64,000 nt of DNA from Myxococcota bacterium (GTDB lineage: Bacteria > Myxococcota_A > SURF-8): positions 1,600,001 through 1,664,000 of the forward strand of contig CAXXQS010000001.1 in the NCBI GenBank assembly GCA_963674735.2, in the 5' to 3' direction. Below the pieces are notes generated by a model. That model saw only the letters and a list, made by a program, of their open reading frames with translations, was not told the origin of the DNA and searched no databases. This document shows positions 10,627 through 21,618 of this stretch, piece after piece; positions within the stretch are counted from its first letter, which is position 1, and every line of letters starts with the position of its first letter. Made by a program: the position numbers and the translations under genes.

Positions 10627-10805
10627 GTAATTTGTTTTAACTATTTTCTACTATGTGTAATTATACTAAATTTTATATAGTTAAGGATAATAATATTTCC
10701 CGAGTGCCTGCCCCTTTTCAAATTCTCTCTGATTCTCGATTTGTTGGCAGCAACGAACAGGGAAGACAAAACCCAGACTGGGAAAGAATTTCGGGGATAA
10801 ACCGG

Positions 10806-11954
<1,149 letters not shown>

Positions 11955-13034
11955 CTACAGAATCAGCATGGCATCGCCATAACTGTAGAAGCGGTATTTC
12001 TCTTCAATGGCGATCTCATAGGCTCGGTCCATCAGGCCCTTGCCCATAAACGTCGCCACCAGCATCAGAAGAGACGACTTGGGCAGGTGGAAATTCGTAA
12101 TCATCGCGTCCACCAGATGGAAGCTGTCCCCGGGACGAATGAACAGGTCGGTATCGGCTTCGTGAGCCCGCCAGCGATTGCGACGCGCGGCGGTTTCCAG
12201 TGCCCGGACGGTGGTCGTGCCCACGGCAATCACCCGGGAACCGCGCGCCTTGGCGGCATCGATCGCTTCGATGGTCTCGCTGGGAAGGCGGTAACGCTCG
12301 GAATGCAGGCTGACCATGCTTAGATCTTCCTCACGGATCGGCTGAAACGTGCCGAGCCCGACATGCAAGGTGACCTTGGCCACCGATACCCCGCGTGCCT
12401 TGAGCGTTTTAAACAGCTCGTCGGTAAAATGCAGTCCGGCCGTCGGGGCCGCCACCGCACCGCGGTTGGATGCATAGACGGTTTGGTAGCGTTCGCGGTC
12501 TTCTTCGCGTTGATCTTCGGTGGACTGCCGGGAGATGTAAGGAGGCAAGGGAATCCCGCCCACACGCTCGACCAGCGCCATCGGGTCGCCGTCGCAGAGA
12601 ATGCGGACTTGCCACAGACCGTCGTCGAGGTCTTCCTCCAGTTCCACCTCACCCCCGCCGATATCGATCCGTTGGCCCATCCGGGCGCGCCCACTCATCT
12701 TGATCAGCGCTTCCCAGCGTCCATCGGACAACGGCTTGGATAAAAAGACTTCGACACGACCGCCGGTGGGTTTCTTTCCCTCCAAGCGTGCCGGAATCAC
12801 ACGTGTATCGTTCACGACCAGCAGGTCACCCTCTTCCAAAAAGCTGGGCAAGTCGGAAAAGCGCCGATGCAAAACCCGGCCCAACGATCGATTGACGGCC
12901 ATCAGACGGCTCTGATCACGACGGTCCATCGGTTGCTGTGCAATCAATTCCGGCGGAAGATCGTAATTGTAACTGCGTAGACGATCCGTCCGTTGTTTGA
13001 GATGGGACGGTTTAATCGTTGGAATATCGCTCAT
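11955..13034 (-). CDS. queA: S-adenosylmethionine:tRNA ribosyltransferase-isomerase
   Basis: YDLPPELIAQ, NDTRVIPAR, PLPPYI, YQTVYA, AAPTAGLHF, TNFHLPKS, YRFYSYGDAM. Confidence 0.98.
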   Translation of the reverse strand: MSDIPTIKPSHLKQRTDRLRSYNYDLPPELIAQQPMDRRDQSRLMAVNRSLGRVLHRRFSDLPSFLEEGDLLVVNDTRVIPARLEGKKPTGGRVEVFLSKPLSDGRWEALIKMSGRARMGQRIDIGGGEVELEEDLDDGLWQVRILCDGDPMALVERVGGIPLPPYISRQSTEDQREEDRERYQTVYASNRGAVAAPTAGLHFTDELFKTLKARGVSVAKVTLHVGLGTFQPIREEDLSMVSLHSERYRLPSETIEAIDAAKARGSRVIAVGTTTVRALETAARRNRWRAHEADTDLFIRPGDSFHLVDAMITNFHLPKSSLLMLVATFMGKGLMDRAYEIAIEEKYRFYSYGDAMLIL

Positions 13035-13063
13035 GGTGGATTGTCGTTCTATGTGCGTCGCAT

Positions 13064-13678
13064 TCAGAACTGGGTGATAAACGAAATGTCGCCCTTCCCC
13101 TCACGCAAGATCACGGGGGGTTCGACACTGAGATCGATGATGCTGGAGGGAAACGGGAGAATGATTCCCGCATCGATGACGAGATCGACCAAGTGGCCTA
13201 GCCGGTCTTCGATTTCCCAGGATTCGCTCATGATTTCTTCATCCGGCAACCCTACCGAAGTGGTAATGATGGGATGCCCGAGTTCTTCCACGATCGCGGT
13301 GGCAACCGGATTCTCCGGCATACGAACGCCGATGGTCTTCTGTTTCGTCATCATGATGCGTGGAACCAGCTGGGTCGCTTTCAAAATGAAGGTATACGGA
13401 CCGGGCAGACACCGTTTCATCAGTTTGTAAGACTGATTGGTAACATGCCCGTATTGGCTGAACGTTTGCAGATCCGAACAAATCAGAGACAGAAGCTTGT
13501 CTTTGGGCATCCGTTTGATCGCCAGAATCTTCTCCATGGCGCGCTTATTGAAGAGGTCGCAACCGAAGCCATAGGTGGTATCGGTCGGATAAACGATAAT
13601 GCCCCCGCGTTTGATCACATCCACCACTTGCCGGATCTTGCGCGGCTGGGGATGTTCGGTGCTGATCGGCAACAGCAT
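13064..13678 (-). CDS. Sua5/YciO/YrdC family protein (YciO-type paralog)
   Basis: HPQPRKI, IVYPTDTTYGFGC, LPGPYTFIL, KTIGVRMP, ILREGKG; start at ATG 13678 after AAGGAG. Confidence 0.88.
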   Translation of the reverse strand: MLLPISTEHPQPRKIRQVVDVIKRGGIIVYPTDTTYGFGCDLFNKRAMEKILAIKRMPKDKLLSLICSDLQTFSQYGHVTNQSYKLMKRCLPGPYTFILKATQLVPRIMMTKQKTIGVRMPENPVATAIVEELGHPIITTSVGLPDEEIMSESWEIEDRLGHLVDLVIDAGIILPFPSSIIDLSVEPPVILREGKGDISFITQF

Positions 13679-13768
13679 ACCGGCTCCTTTATCAGTTCTC
13701 TGGTCAATTTGCGGCACCGTCCCGTAACGCGAATAGGTAACCTCGAAACGGGAAAAAGGCAAGCGAAA

Positions 13769-14665
13769 TTACGGGTCGGTCAATTTCCAGCGGCGATGCA
13801 ACCACAACCAAAGCCCCGGACGACGGCGGATGGCCGCTTCCAAAGCCTGATTATAGGCCTGAGTGGTGAGTTGAAGTTGCGTATCGAAATCGTTGGCCGA
13901 AACAGGGTCAATCGCGTTCCCCACCTCCATCACATGCCGGAGCCCGCCGCCTCGATAAAGGAACACCGGCACAACCGGTGCGCCGGTTTCGATGGACAAC
14001 CGGGCCAATCCCGAAGACGTTGCGGCGGGACGTCCGAAAAACTCGACGGCCAATCCGCGCGGTCCGGGCATATGTTGATCGAGAACAAAGCCCACCACGC
14101 CGCCCTGCCGCAGATGATCGGTCAGGTCATTCCAACAATCCCGCTCCGGTAAAATCGTGATTCCGCAGGCACGACGGCTTTCCATCCAATAGCGGTTCAA
14201 CCAGTCGGGCTTGATCGTCTTTGAAAGAATGGCCAGATTGTGTCCGAAAAGCGCCTGAGAGCACGCCAGAAGGTCCCAATTGCCGAAATGAGCCGTCAGC
14301 ACCAGAACTCCCCGGCCTTTGGCTTCAGCGACGGAAAAACGGCTATAGTGCCGCCGGTCGATCCGTTCCAACACTCGCTCGGGGCGTTTGGGGTCGAGGT
14401 ACAGGAATTCCACCAGATTGAGCCCGAGGTTTTCGAAAACCTCGCGAGCGGCACGGCGTCGCTCCGCGCGGCTGCAATCGGCGCCCAGGGCCTCATCGAG
14501 TTGACGGAGAACCAGGCGACGCCGGATCGGGATGAGATAATACCAGATCCAGCCCAACGCGCGGCCGATTGCCGACAGGACCGGTTTGGGAAGGAAACGA
14601 ATCAAGACCGCCAAGCCGCTCAAACAAACCAGGGCGGCCCGGCTAACCCACATGCAACACCTCAC
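13769..14665 (-). CDS. Lipid A biosynthesis acyltransferase (LpxL/HtrB family)
   Basis: TAHFGNWD, DQH, FFGRPA, P..WLWLHRRWK. Confidence 0.9.
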   Translation of the reverse strand: MRCCMWVSRAALVCLSGLAVLIRFLPKPVLSAIGRALGWIWYYLIPIRRRLVLRQLDEALGADCSRAERRRAAREVFENLGLNLVEFLYLDPKRPERVLERIDRRHYSRFSVAEAKGRGVLVLTAHFGNWDLLACSQALFGHNLAILSKTIKPDWLNRYWMESRRACGITILPERDCWNDLTDHLRQGGVVGFVLDQHMPGPRGLAVEFFGRPAATSSGLARLSIETGAPVVPVFLYRGGGLRHVMEVGNAIDPVSANDFDTQLQLTTQAYNQALEAAIRRRPGLWLWLHRRWKLTDP

Positions 14666-15704
14666 CGATCCGTTCCCATATCGCTTCTTCCCCGCTCAGC
14701 AGCTTCATCCGAATACGTGGGTAGTAAACCGGCAACCCACGCAATTTAGCGATACGGATACGCACCGAGTCTTTCTCGGTTGTAATCAGACCGTCGGCAC
14801 CGGCGTTTAAGGCCTCTTCTTTGACATCGTGCAGTTGACGGCCTGTAAAGTAGTGATGGTCGGCAAAGAAACGATGCCCGCTGATTTTAAGATCATATTC
14901 AGCCAGCGTATCCAACAACCGTTCCGGATGGGCGATTCCGCTGAAAGCATACAAGGGGTGGTGGCGCAATTCTTCGCGGTCGATTTCGACCCCCCCCGTA
15001 CAGTCGATAAATGCATCGACCTCATAACGCGCCGTAGCCAACACCGCCGTCGGATTCACACGCCGCAACCAATCGAGATCCACCCGATGACCGCCATCCG
15101 CTTCACAATATGTAATAACAACAATATCCGCACGCGAGATCGTCTCGGCGGGCTCACGAAGCGGTCCGCTCGGTAACACTTGCAAATCCGGGGGGTTGTC
15201 CCTGCCATCAAGCAACACGATATCCACATCCCGATGCAGTTCCACATGCTGGAAACCGTCGTCCATCAGAAAAAGGTCTACCGGATCGCTGTTGAGTGCA
15301 TTCAAACCGGCACGGTAGCGGTTGGGTCCGACGTTGATCGCGACTTTCTTCAAACGCCGCGCCATCATCACCGGTTCATCACCGAAAAACAGGGCGGCTC
15401 TATCATCCAATTGGTTGGCCTTCGGCAAACGCAGATAGGTGCGTGCATTCTTTCGGCCATACCCACGACTTAGAATCGCCACGTGGCACCACTCGGAAAG
15501 CTTGTCGCACAGGTACAGAACCATCGGCGTCTTGCCGGTCCCCCCGACAACGAGATTCCCCACCGACACCACCGGTCGGGGGAGCTTTCGGAGAGGACGC
15601 CGACCTTCTTCGTAGGCCTGTCGCCGCGCTGCCGCCGCGCCACGGTACAATTCCGCCACCGGGCCCAGCCAGCGGCTATACCACTTATCCGAGTTCGCCG
15701 CCAA
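14643..15704 (-). CDS. lpxK: Tetraacyldisaccharide 4'-kinase
   Basis: SVGNLVVGGTGKTP, LSRGYG, GDEP, DDGFQH, LPSGPLRE, FADHH, TTEKD. Confidence 0.96.
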   Translation of the reverse strand: MAANSDKWYSRWLGPVAELYRGAAAARRQAYEEGRRPLRKLPRPVVSVGNLVVGGTGKTPMVLYLCDKLSEWCHVAILSRGYGRKNARTYLRLPKANQLDDRAALFFGDEPVMMARRLKKVAINVGPNRYRAGLNALNSDPVDLFLMDDGFQHVELHRDVDIVLLDGRDNPPDLQVLPSGPLREPAETISRADIVVITYCEADGGHRVDLDWLRRVNPTAVLATARYEVDAFIDCTGGVEIDREELRHHPLYAFSGIAHPERLLDTLAEYDLKISGHRFFADHHYFTGRQLHDVKEEALNAGADGLITTEKDSVRIRIAKLRGLPVYYPRIRMKLLSGEEAIWERIGEVLHVG

Positions 15705-16953
15705 AAGGGTCGCCTCCGTTCAAAATCTCACGTACAATCGCCACATTACGTCGGGTCGTGCCCACATGTTGAATCAGGTGGTTTTTCGCCAGCCTGACAT
15801 TTTCCTCCACCTTGTCCCACTCGTCCAACACAATGGCCGCCACACGAGCGATGTCGTCGGCATCGGTGACGACACTCAAGGCACCCAATTCGTCCAACAG
15901 CGTCACCCAGGGAGCCCAATTCGCATGATACCGTCCGGTCAAGACCGGTGTCATCTGTAAAATCGGCTCCAAGATATTATGACCGCCGCGATCGACCAGG
16001 CTCCCGCCGACGAAGGCCACAGCCGCCCGCTCATACCACCGTTCCATGCGGCCGAACCCATCCTCCACGATCACGTCCACGGATAGATCCGTTTCAGCCT
16101 TCTGCGAGGCCAACCCCACCCTGAATCCGCGCTCGGCGACCAACTCGGCCACCCCTTTCGCCCGTCTACCGTGACGGGGCGCTAAAATCAATTGTAACCC
16201 AGGAACAAAGTCGCGCAATTGCACGAAAGCGTCAAGTAGAATTTCATCTTCCCCGCTGTGAGTACTCACCGCCAGCAGGGCCTGCCCGCGAACTTTGGTC
16301 TGACGTTTGCGCACCGCAGCCGTCGCGACCCGATCAATTTTCATTTCTCCGGTTACCAGCATTCGCTCGATGGGGATCCCCAAGTCCTCTAAATTCTTGA
16401 GGTCGTCATCGATCCGCGTACAGTAATAGACTTGCTGCAGATAGCCTCCCAGCACCCGATTCAACTGCCGATAAGGATCGATGGAAGCGGGCGCGAGACG
16501 GGCATTGATCACCAGAACAGGTACTCCCCGACGCCTCGCCAGATCGAATAAGCCGGGCCACAGCTCCATCTCGATTGTCACAATGGCTTGCGGTTTGAAC
16601 TCGCGAAACAGCTTGTCGAGCGCCGGGTAGGTATCGAAGGGATAACGACGCACGAAGGCCCATGGTCCGCCGCTGGAAGCCTGCATGCCGCTTTCGGTAT
16701 TGGTGGTGAGCAGCAGACGCGCCCCCGTCTCGGCGGCCAGAAAGTCGGCGGCAAACTTATTGGCCAGTTGCACTTCACCGGCGCTGGCTGCGTGCACCCA
16801 CAAACGCGGACCGGCCCCGCCCGATTCGTCAAGTCGGATCGTTTCGGGCCAGAATCGTCGCAAGAGTCCCGGACGCAAGTCGGAGCGCCAAAGACCTAGC
16901 CCTAAAAGCGGAGCGATCGCCGCCGTTGACAACCAAGGATACCAGCGTTTCAT
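15685..16953 (-). CDS. waaA: 3-deoxy-D-manno-octulosonic acid transferase
   Basis: WVHAASAGE, EMELWP, INAR, STHSGE, APRH, GGSL...GGHNILEP. Confidence 0.93.
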   Translation of the reverse strand: MKRWYPWLSTAAIAPLLGLGLWRSDLRPGLLRRFWPETIRLDESGGAGPRLWVHAASAGEVQLANKFAADFLAAETGARLLLTTNTESGMQASSGGPWAFVRRYPFDTYPALDKLFREFKPQAIVTIEMELWPGLFDLARRRGVPVLVINARLAPASIDPYRQLNRVLGGYLQQVYYCTRIDDDLKNLEDLGIPIERMLVTGEMKIDRVATAAVRKRQTKVRGQALLAVSTHSGEDEILLDAFVQLRDFVPGLQLILAPRHGRRAKGVAELVAERGFRVGLASQKAETDLSVDVIVEDGFGRMERWYERAAVAFVGGSLVDRGGHNILEPILQMTPVLTGRYHANWAPWVTLLDELGALSVVTDADDIARVAAIVLDEWDKVEENVRLAKNHLIQHVGTTRRNVAIVREILNGGDPFGGELG

Positions 16954-17645
16954 ACACCCTCGTTATCTTCATCATCCGAAAGGATATCCGCACCGGGGTT
17001 TTCCTCCGGTCGGACCATGCTTTCGGCGTAATGGGTCAGTTCCTTCAATCGTCTTTCCAATTCGGCGCGCATCCGCTCGAATCCATCGGGATCGATGTCC
17101 ACGTCTACCGTCATCGGTTCGCCCTCAACGATCACCACTTTCGAAAAAGGCCAGGGAATTTCATACTGATCCCAGCTTTTACCTAATACACTCCGATAAG
17201 CGGACGAAGCGGCCAGGGGTATGATCACGCCCCCGGAATCGCGCGCCAGGCTCAAAATACCCGGTTTCACCACATGATAGGGGCCGCGCGAGCCATCCAC
17301 CGCCAAAGCGGCATGACAGCCCTTCAGAACGAACTCCGTCATTTCAAACAGCGCCTCACGACCCCGACGTCCCGGAGAACCGCGCACCACCGAAAACCCC
17401 ATCAAGCGGAGAAATTCGGCCTGCCACTCGCCATCCTTCGATAGTGACGCCATCTGCACAAGCGGCCTCGGGGCGGAATAACCGAACAAAGCCAGTTGCT
17501 GGCCGTGAAAAAACGCATACAAAACCGGCTGCCCGCGCTCGATCGCCAATAGACTGTGCTGACGGTCCACCATCCGAATACGCAAAAGACGTATCCAGAT
17601 GCGGATCACAATAAAAGCCAGAAAAGCCAATAAACGTCGAATCAT
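16950..17645 (-). CDS. DUF374 lysophospholipid acyltransferase family protein
   Basis: YAFFHG, SLSKDGE, VVRGS, AVDGSRGP, SWD...PWPFS; family usually adjacent to waaA; start uncertain (17645 or 17690). Confidence 0.82.
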   Translation of the reverse strand: MIRRLLAFLAFIVIRIWIRLLRIRMVDRQHSLLAIERGQPVLYAFFHGQQLALFGYSAPRPLVQMASLSKDGEWQAEFLRLMGFSVVRGSPGRRGREALFEMTEFVLKGCHAALAVDGSRGPYHVVKPGILSLARDSGGVIIPLAASSAYRSVLGKSWDQYEIPWPFSKVVIVEGEPMTVDVDIDPDGFERMRAELERRLKELTHYAESMVRPEENPGADILSDDEDNEGV

Positions 17646-17744
17646 GGGGGTCGTCCACTTCCCTCCGCCCAATTTGCAGAAGCGACTCATGTTACCCGAT
17701 CCGGTGGGTTTTGCAAGAAAAGCAGTTAAATCGCCGGCTTCACC

Positions 17745-17772
17745 TTGACGGGACAGGCGCGGTACGTATAAT
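17745..17772 (+). promoter_or_regulatory. Sigma70-type promoter of aspS
   Basis: TTGACG-N16-TATAAT, with GGAGGA RBS downstream. Confidence 0.65.
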
Positions 17773-17817
17773 CAGGGCCTCATTTCAGGCGCGCACGCGC
17801 GGATCAGGAGGACGAAC

Positions 17818-19602
17818 ATGGCGACTTTGGCACAATCGACTCGCAGCCATACCTGCGGCGAACTACGACGAACCCACGCAGGACAGACGGTCATCTTGAA
17901 AGGCTGGGTCAAAGCCTGGCGCGACCACGGCGGTTGCCTGTTCATCGATTTACGTGACCGCTACGGCTTCACCCAGGTCGTCTTCGACTACGCCAAAGCC
18001 GGTCAAACCCTCAACGAGGCGACGTCCATCCGTGACGAATACGTGCTGGCGGTGGAAGGTCACGTGGTGGATCGCGGCGACAACGCCAATCAAAACATCC
18101 CCACCGGCGAAATCGAGATTGCGGTCACCCGCTTTGAAATTCTATCGAAAGCCGCGCCACTACCCGTCCAAATCAGCGATAAAAGCGACGCCAACGAAAC
18201 CACGCGTCTCAAACACCGCTACCTGGATTTGCGGAGAAAACCCCTGCAAGATATCCTGATCATGCGTCATCAGGTCAACCAGATCGTGCGGCGGCACTTA
18301 AGCGACAACGGATTCCTCGAAATCGAGACGCCCGTCCTGACGAAAAGCACCCCTGAAGGTGCGCGCGATTTTCTCGTTCCTTCGCGTATGCATGGCGGTC
18401 AGTTCTACGCCCTGCCCCAATCGCCGCAGCTGTTCAAACAAATTCTGATGGTATCGGGCTTCGACCGCTACTTCCAGATCGTCCGCTGCTTCCGCGATGA
18501 AGACCTGCGCAACGACCGTCAGCCGGAATTCACCCAGATCGACTGCGAACTGTCGTTCCCCACGGAGGAAATGATTTTCGAAATCTTCGAAGATCTGGTG
18601 GTCACGCTCTGGAAGGAAATCAAGGGCATCGACGTTCCCCGGCCCTTCCCGCGCATGAGCTACGACCACGCCATGGACAAATACGGAGTCGACGCCCCCG
18701 ACACCCGCTTCGAGCTTCTTCTGGAAGACGTGGGCGACTTGGTTTCCGACTGCGGATTCAAGGTGTTCGCCGGCACCATCCAAAACGGGGGAATGGTCAA
18801 AGCCATCGCCGTGCCCGACCCCGAACAGAAACTCTCGCGCTCCTATATCGACAAAAACCTCGTTCCTTTGGCCGGAACTTACGGAGCCAAGGGGCTGGCC
18901 TGGGCGCGGATTACGGCCGACGGCTGGAAGTCGCCCATCGCCAAGTTCTTCGATGCGGATCTGCAAAGTTCCATCAATGAGCGCCTCGGCGCAAGCGAGA
19001 ACCACGTCCTGCTGTTCGTCGCCGATAAAAAGACGGTCGTCAACGCCGCCCTCGGTAACCTGCGCAAACGGCTTGCGACCGAAATGGGACTCATCGCGGA
19101 GAACACGTATAATTTCGTGTGGGTCCACACCTTCCCGGTCTTCGACTGGAGCGAGGAAGAAAGCCGCTGGGTATCGACGCATCACCCCTTCACCAGCCCG
19201 CGCCCCGAAGATATCGACAAACTGGAAAACGATCCCGGCAACGCCTATGCCGAAGCCTACGATATGGTGCTAAACGGCAACGAAATCGGCGGTGGCTCGA
19301 TTCGTATCCACCGGCCCGAGATTCAGGAACGCGTGTTCCGCGCCCTGGGTATCAGCGACGAGGAAGCCCGCCTCAAATTCGGCTTCCTTCTCGACGCCCT
19401 CAAATACGGCGCACCGCCCCACGGAGGTATCGCCTTCGGTGTGGACCGCATCATCATGCTTTTAGCCGGGACCAACTCCATTCGCGACGTCATCGCCTTC
19501 CCCAAAACCACCCAAGGCAATTGTCTCATGACCGAAGCGCCGTCTCCGGTGGACGATGCGCAGTTGTCCGAACTGCATGTGAAGGTACGCGAAAAAGAGT
19601 AG
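17818..19602 (+). CDS. aspS: Aspartate--tRNA ligase
   Basis: RSHTCGELR, RDHGG..FIDLRD, RYLDLR, STPEGARDFLVP, LPQSPQLFKQ, FRDEDLR, GAPPHGG, VIAFPK. Confidence 0.98.
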   Translation: MATLAQSTRSHTCGELRRTHAGQTVILKGWVKAWRDHGGCLFIDLRDRYGFTQVVFDYAKAGQTLNEATSIRDEYVLAVEGHVVDRGDNANQNIPTGEIEIAVTRFEILSKAAPLPVQISDKSDANETTRLKHRYLDLRRKPLQDILIMRHQVNQIVRRHLSDNGFLEIETPVLTKSTPEGARDFLVPSRMHGGQFYALPQSPQLFKQILMVSGFDRYFQIVRCFRDEDLRNDRQPEFTQIDCELSFPTEEMIFEIFEDLVVTLWKEIKGIDVPRPFPRMSYDHAMDKYGVDAPDTRFELLLEDVGDLVSDCGFKVFAGTIQNGGMVKAIAVPDPEQKLSRSYIDKNLVPLAGTYGAKGLAWARITADGWKSPIAKFFDADLQSSINERLGASENHVLLFVADKKTVVNAALGNLRKRLATEMGLIAENTYNFVWVHTFPVFDWSEEESRWVSTHHPFTSPRPEDIDKLENDPGNAYAEAYDMVLNGNEIGGGSIRIHRPEIQERVFRALGISDEEARLKFGFLLDALKYGAPPHGGIAFGVDRIIMLLAGTNSIRDVIAFPKTTQGNCLMTEAPSPVDDAQLSELHVKVREKE

Positions 19603-19624
19603 GTAACGCCGAGTGTGAGATCAT

Positions 19625-19654
19625 ACGGGCGGTCCGAGCGGGCCGCCTGTTTTC
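19625..19654 (+). terminator. Terminator between convergent aspS and membrane protein gene
   Basis: ACGGGCGGTCC-GAGC-GGGCCGCCTGT followed by TTT. Confidence 0.7.
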
Positions 19655-19655
19655 G

Positions 19656-21461
19656 TTAGAACATGCCGCGTACGCGGGCGGCCAGATCAAACAGGGTGTC
19701 TTCTCCCTCCCGAATTTCGAGTATGAACGGAAGTTTGCCGGGCGACCCCGTGCGCGAAACATCCATCCACCAGTTTATTTCGCCTGTCGCGCCGGATGCG
19801 TCGGGCAAAAGCGTCCAAGCTTGCTCACCTCCGGTCGGCTTTTCGACCGGAACGCCGTCGATGGCGACGATTTCCGCCGGAGCATCTTTATTGAAGGGGT
19901 GAAGCCTGACCCTTCCTTTATTTGGCGCACGGACTTGGGTTCGCAGATGCAGGTAGCGACGCCCATCCGAATCCTGCATCACGCGCGGACGCCCCTCGGC
20001 TATCCCGTTCCAGCGTAAAGCAACGGACCGAAAACCGCTGGAGGGAATCTCGCGGCTATCGGTATAGGCATAATCGAATCGTGACAGGTCGACCTGCTCG
20101 GGACGCGAAACGATCAGCAGCCAGGAGTGCAAACTTGTAAATACAGACCAATCCGCGGGGAGTGATGCCGGAGGCTCGGAATCACGATTGATGAGAGCCA
20201 TCAATTCCGGTGCATCGAGCGATTTCGGCGCATCGAGCGCATCGGCGTCGTTTAGCGGCAAATAGATCTGCAAGCCGTTCATGATATCGGTCCATTGCGG
20301 CGAACGGATGCGGCGGAAGGCGTCATGGTAGGTGTGAACTCCGTGCTGCCGAAGTTCCTGCGCCAGGACTTGGATGTCGTCAAAGCATATCCGCGCTTCA
20401 GGCTGAGCAAACGGAACGCGTATAAGCAGAACACCTGCCACGGCGGCTTGCATCCACAGACGCCGGTCCTTCAGCAGCCGAGCAAGCAACCAGGCCGCCA
20501 CAACGATAAACGGCGGGAGAAACGGCAGCAGGTGCCGCCAGGTCGGTTCGTAGCGAAACGCCAGCGGAGCAAACAAGATTGCGGCCATCGGCAAGCTGGC
20601 CGAAAGCGCCAGCCCCTTCCAAGCCCACGCCCCGACACGCTTCTCCCGTCGCCGTAAAACGGGAAGCGCCGTCACGGCGACAAGTAAAAGCCCCGCAATG
20701 ACCGAGAAACCCGCCGAGCCGCCCGATCCGACTCGCCGCAGTTGGTCGGCCCGCTCCCAGGTCAACCTTAAGGCGTCGGCGGAACAAAGCCACGTGACCG
20801 CAGCCAGAATGACGAGCCCACACAGGAGTGTTGGAAACAGAGATGAGCGCCGGGGAGTCCGTCGCCACAATAGCGCCGCAATCCAAACCGGCACCAGCAG
20901 AATCAAGATGAGATGGAGTTGTATACCTACTGCCAGCGCCAGCATGGCGATTAGCCAGAAGGCCATTCGGCGAGTTTCAAACGCACGGAAAAAAGCCCAG
21001 TAAAACCAGACACTCACAAGCGGAACAAAAGTCGGGTTCCAGAGAACCGCCACGTCATCGGCTGTCGCGAGTAAAACCCAGAAAAGCACCCCGGCCCAAA
21101 ACGCGGCCGCTCGTCCGATCGTGCTTGCCGCGCATCGCATCAACAGCCAGGCGGCCGCCAGCTTACCGATCAACGCGACGACGAAAACCGGAAACAGACC
21201 GAGTCCCGGTTTCTGTACGGCCGCCAACATCAACACCCACAAGCCACCCTGGCGCACCTCCCAGAAAGACGACGGCGGTCCGGCCCGCAAACATTCCGCA
21301 TCTTCCAGACAAGCGCGCGCCATCAACCAGTCGCGAACCGTATCGGGTTCGAGCCGCAGCCCCTTGAACGCGATAAAGACTAACCCCAGCAACGCAAAGG
21401 CAAGAAATCCTTTTTCCAGGTATTTCACGTTACGCGATTCGGGCACGGCGGACGGCAACAA
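19656..21461 (-). CDS. Polytopic membrane protein, possible GT-C (ArnT/PMT-like) glycosyltransferase with C-terminal soluble domain
   Basis: About 10 hydrophobic segments; PD..RD and GPPSS motifs in first loop, WNPT, QLH; AGGAG RBS before TTG. Confidence 0.55.
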   Translation of the reverse strand: MLPSAVPESRNVKYLEKGFLAFALLGLVFIAFKGLRLEPDTVRDWLMARACLEDAECLRAGPPSSFWEVRQGGLWVLMLAAVQKPGLGLFPVFVVALIGKLAAAWLLMRCAASTIGRAAAFWAGVLFWVLLATADDVAVLWNPTFVPLVSVWFYWAFFRAFETRRMAFWLIAMLALAVGIQLHLILILLVPVWIAALLWRRTPRRSSLFPTLLCGLVILAAVTWLCSADALRLTWERADQLRRVGSGGSAGFSVIAGLLLVAVTALPVLRRREKRVGAWAWKGLALSASLPMAAILFAPLAFRYEPTWRHLLPFLPPFIVVAAWLLARLLKDRRLWMQAAVAGVLLIRVPFAQPEARICFDDIQVLAQELRQHGVHTYHDAFRRIRSPQWTDIMNGLQIYLPLNDADALDAPKSLDAPELMALINRDSEPPASLPADWSVFTSLHSWLLIVSRPEQVDLSRFDYAYTDSREIPSSGFRSVALRWNGIAEGRPRVMQDSDGRRYLHLRTQVRAPNKGRVRLHPFNKDAPAEIVAIDGVPVEKPTGGEQAWTLLPDASGATGEINWWMDVSRTGSPGKLPFILEIREGEDTLFDLAARVRGMF

Positions 21462-21564
21462 ACTCTCCTGAAGTTAGGTGGCGATGGAAGTCAGCATAGC
21501 AGAATTTCGGAGAAAGTCATGCGTCTCCCGTGATTTGTGATGTCCCTAGTTGCGGTTACGAAAC

Positions 21565-21595
21565 GAAAAACAGCCGCGATCAACACCGCGGCCGT
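21565..21595 (-). terminator. Rho-independent terminator of leuS
   Basis: Minus strand GGCCGCG-GTGTTGAT-CGCGGCT-GTTTTT. Confidence 0.7.
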
Positions 21596-21618
21596 CTCGT
21601 TGAATGTCGCCATCGCCC

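Noticed and set aside
10540-10705. Replication origin
   Set aside because: No TTATCCACA box cluster and no dnaA/dnaN/gidA context seen
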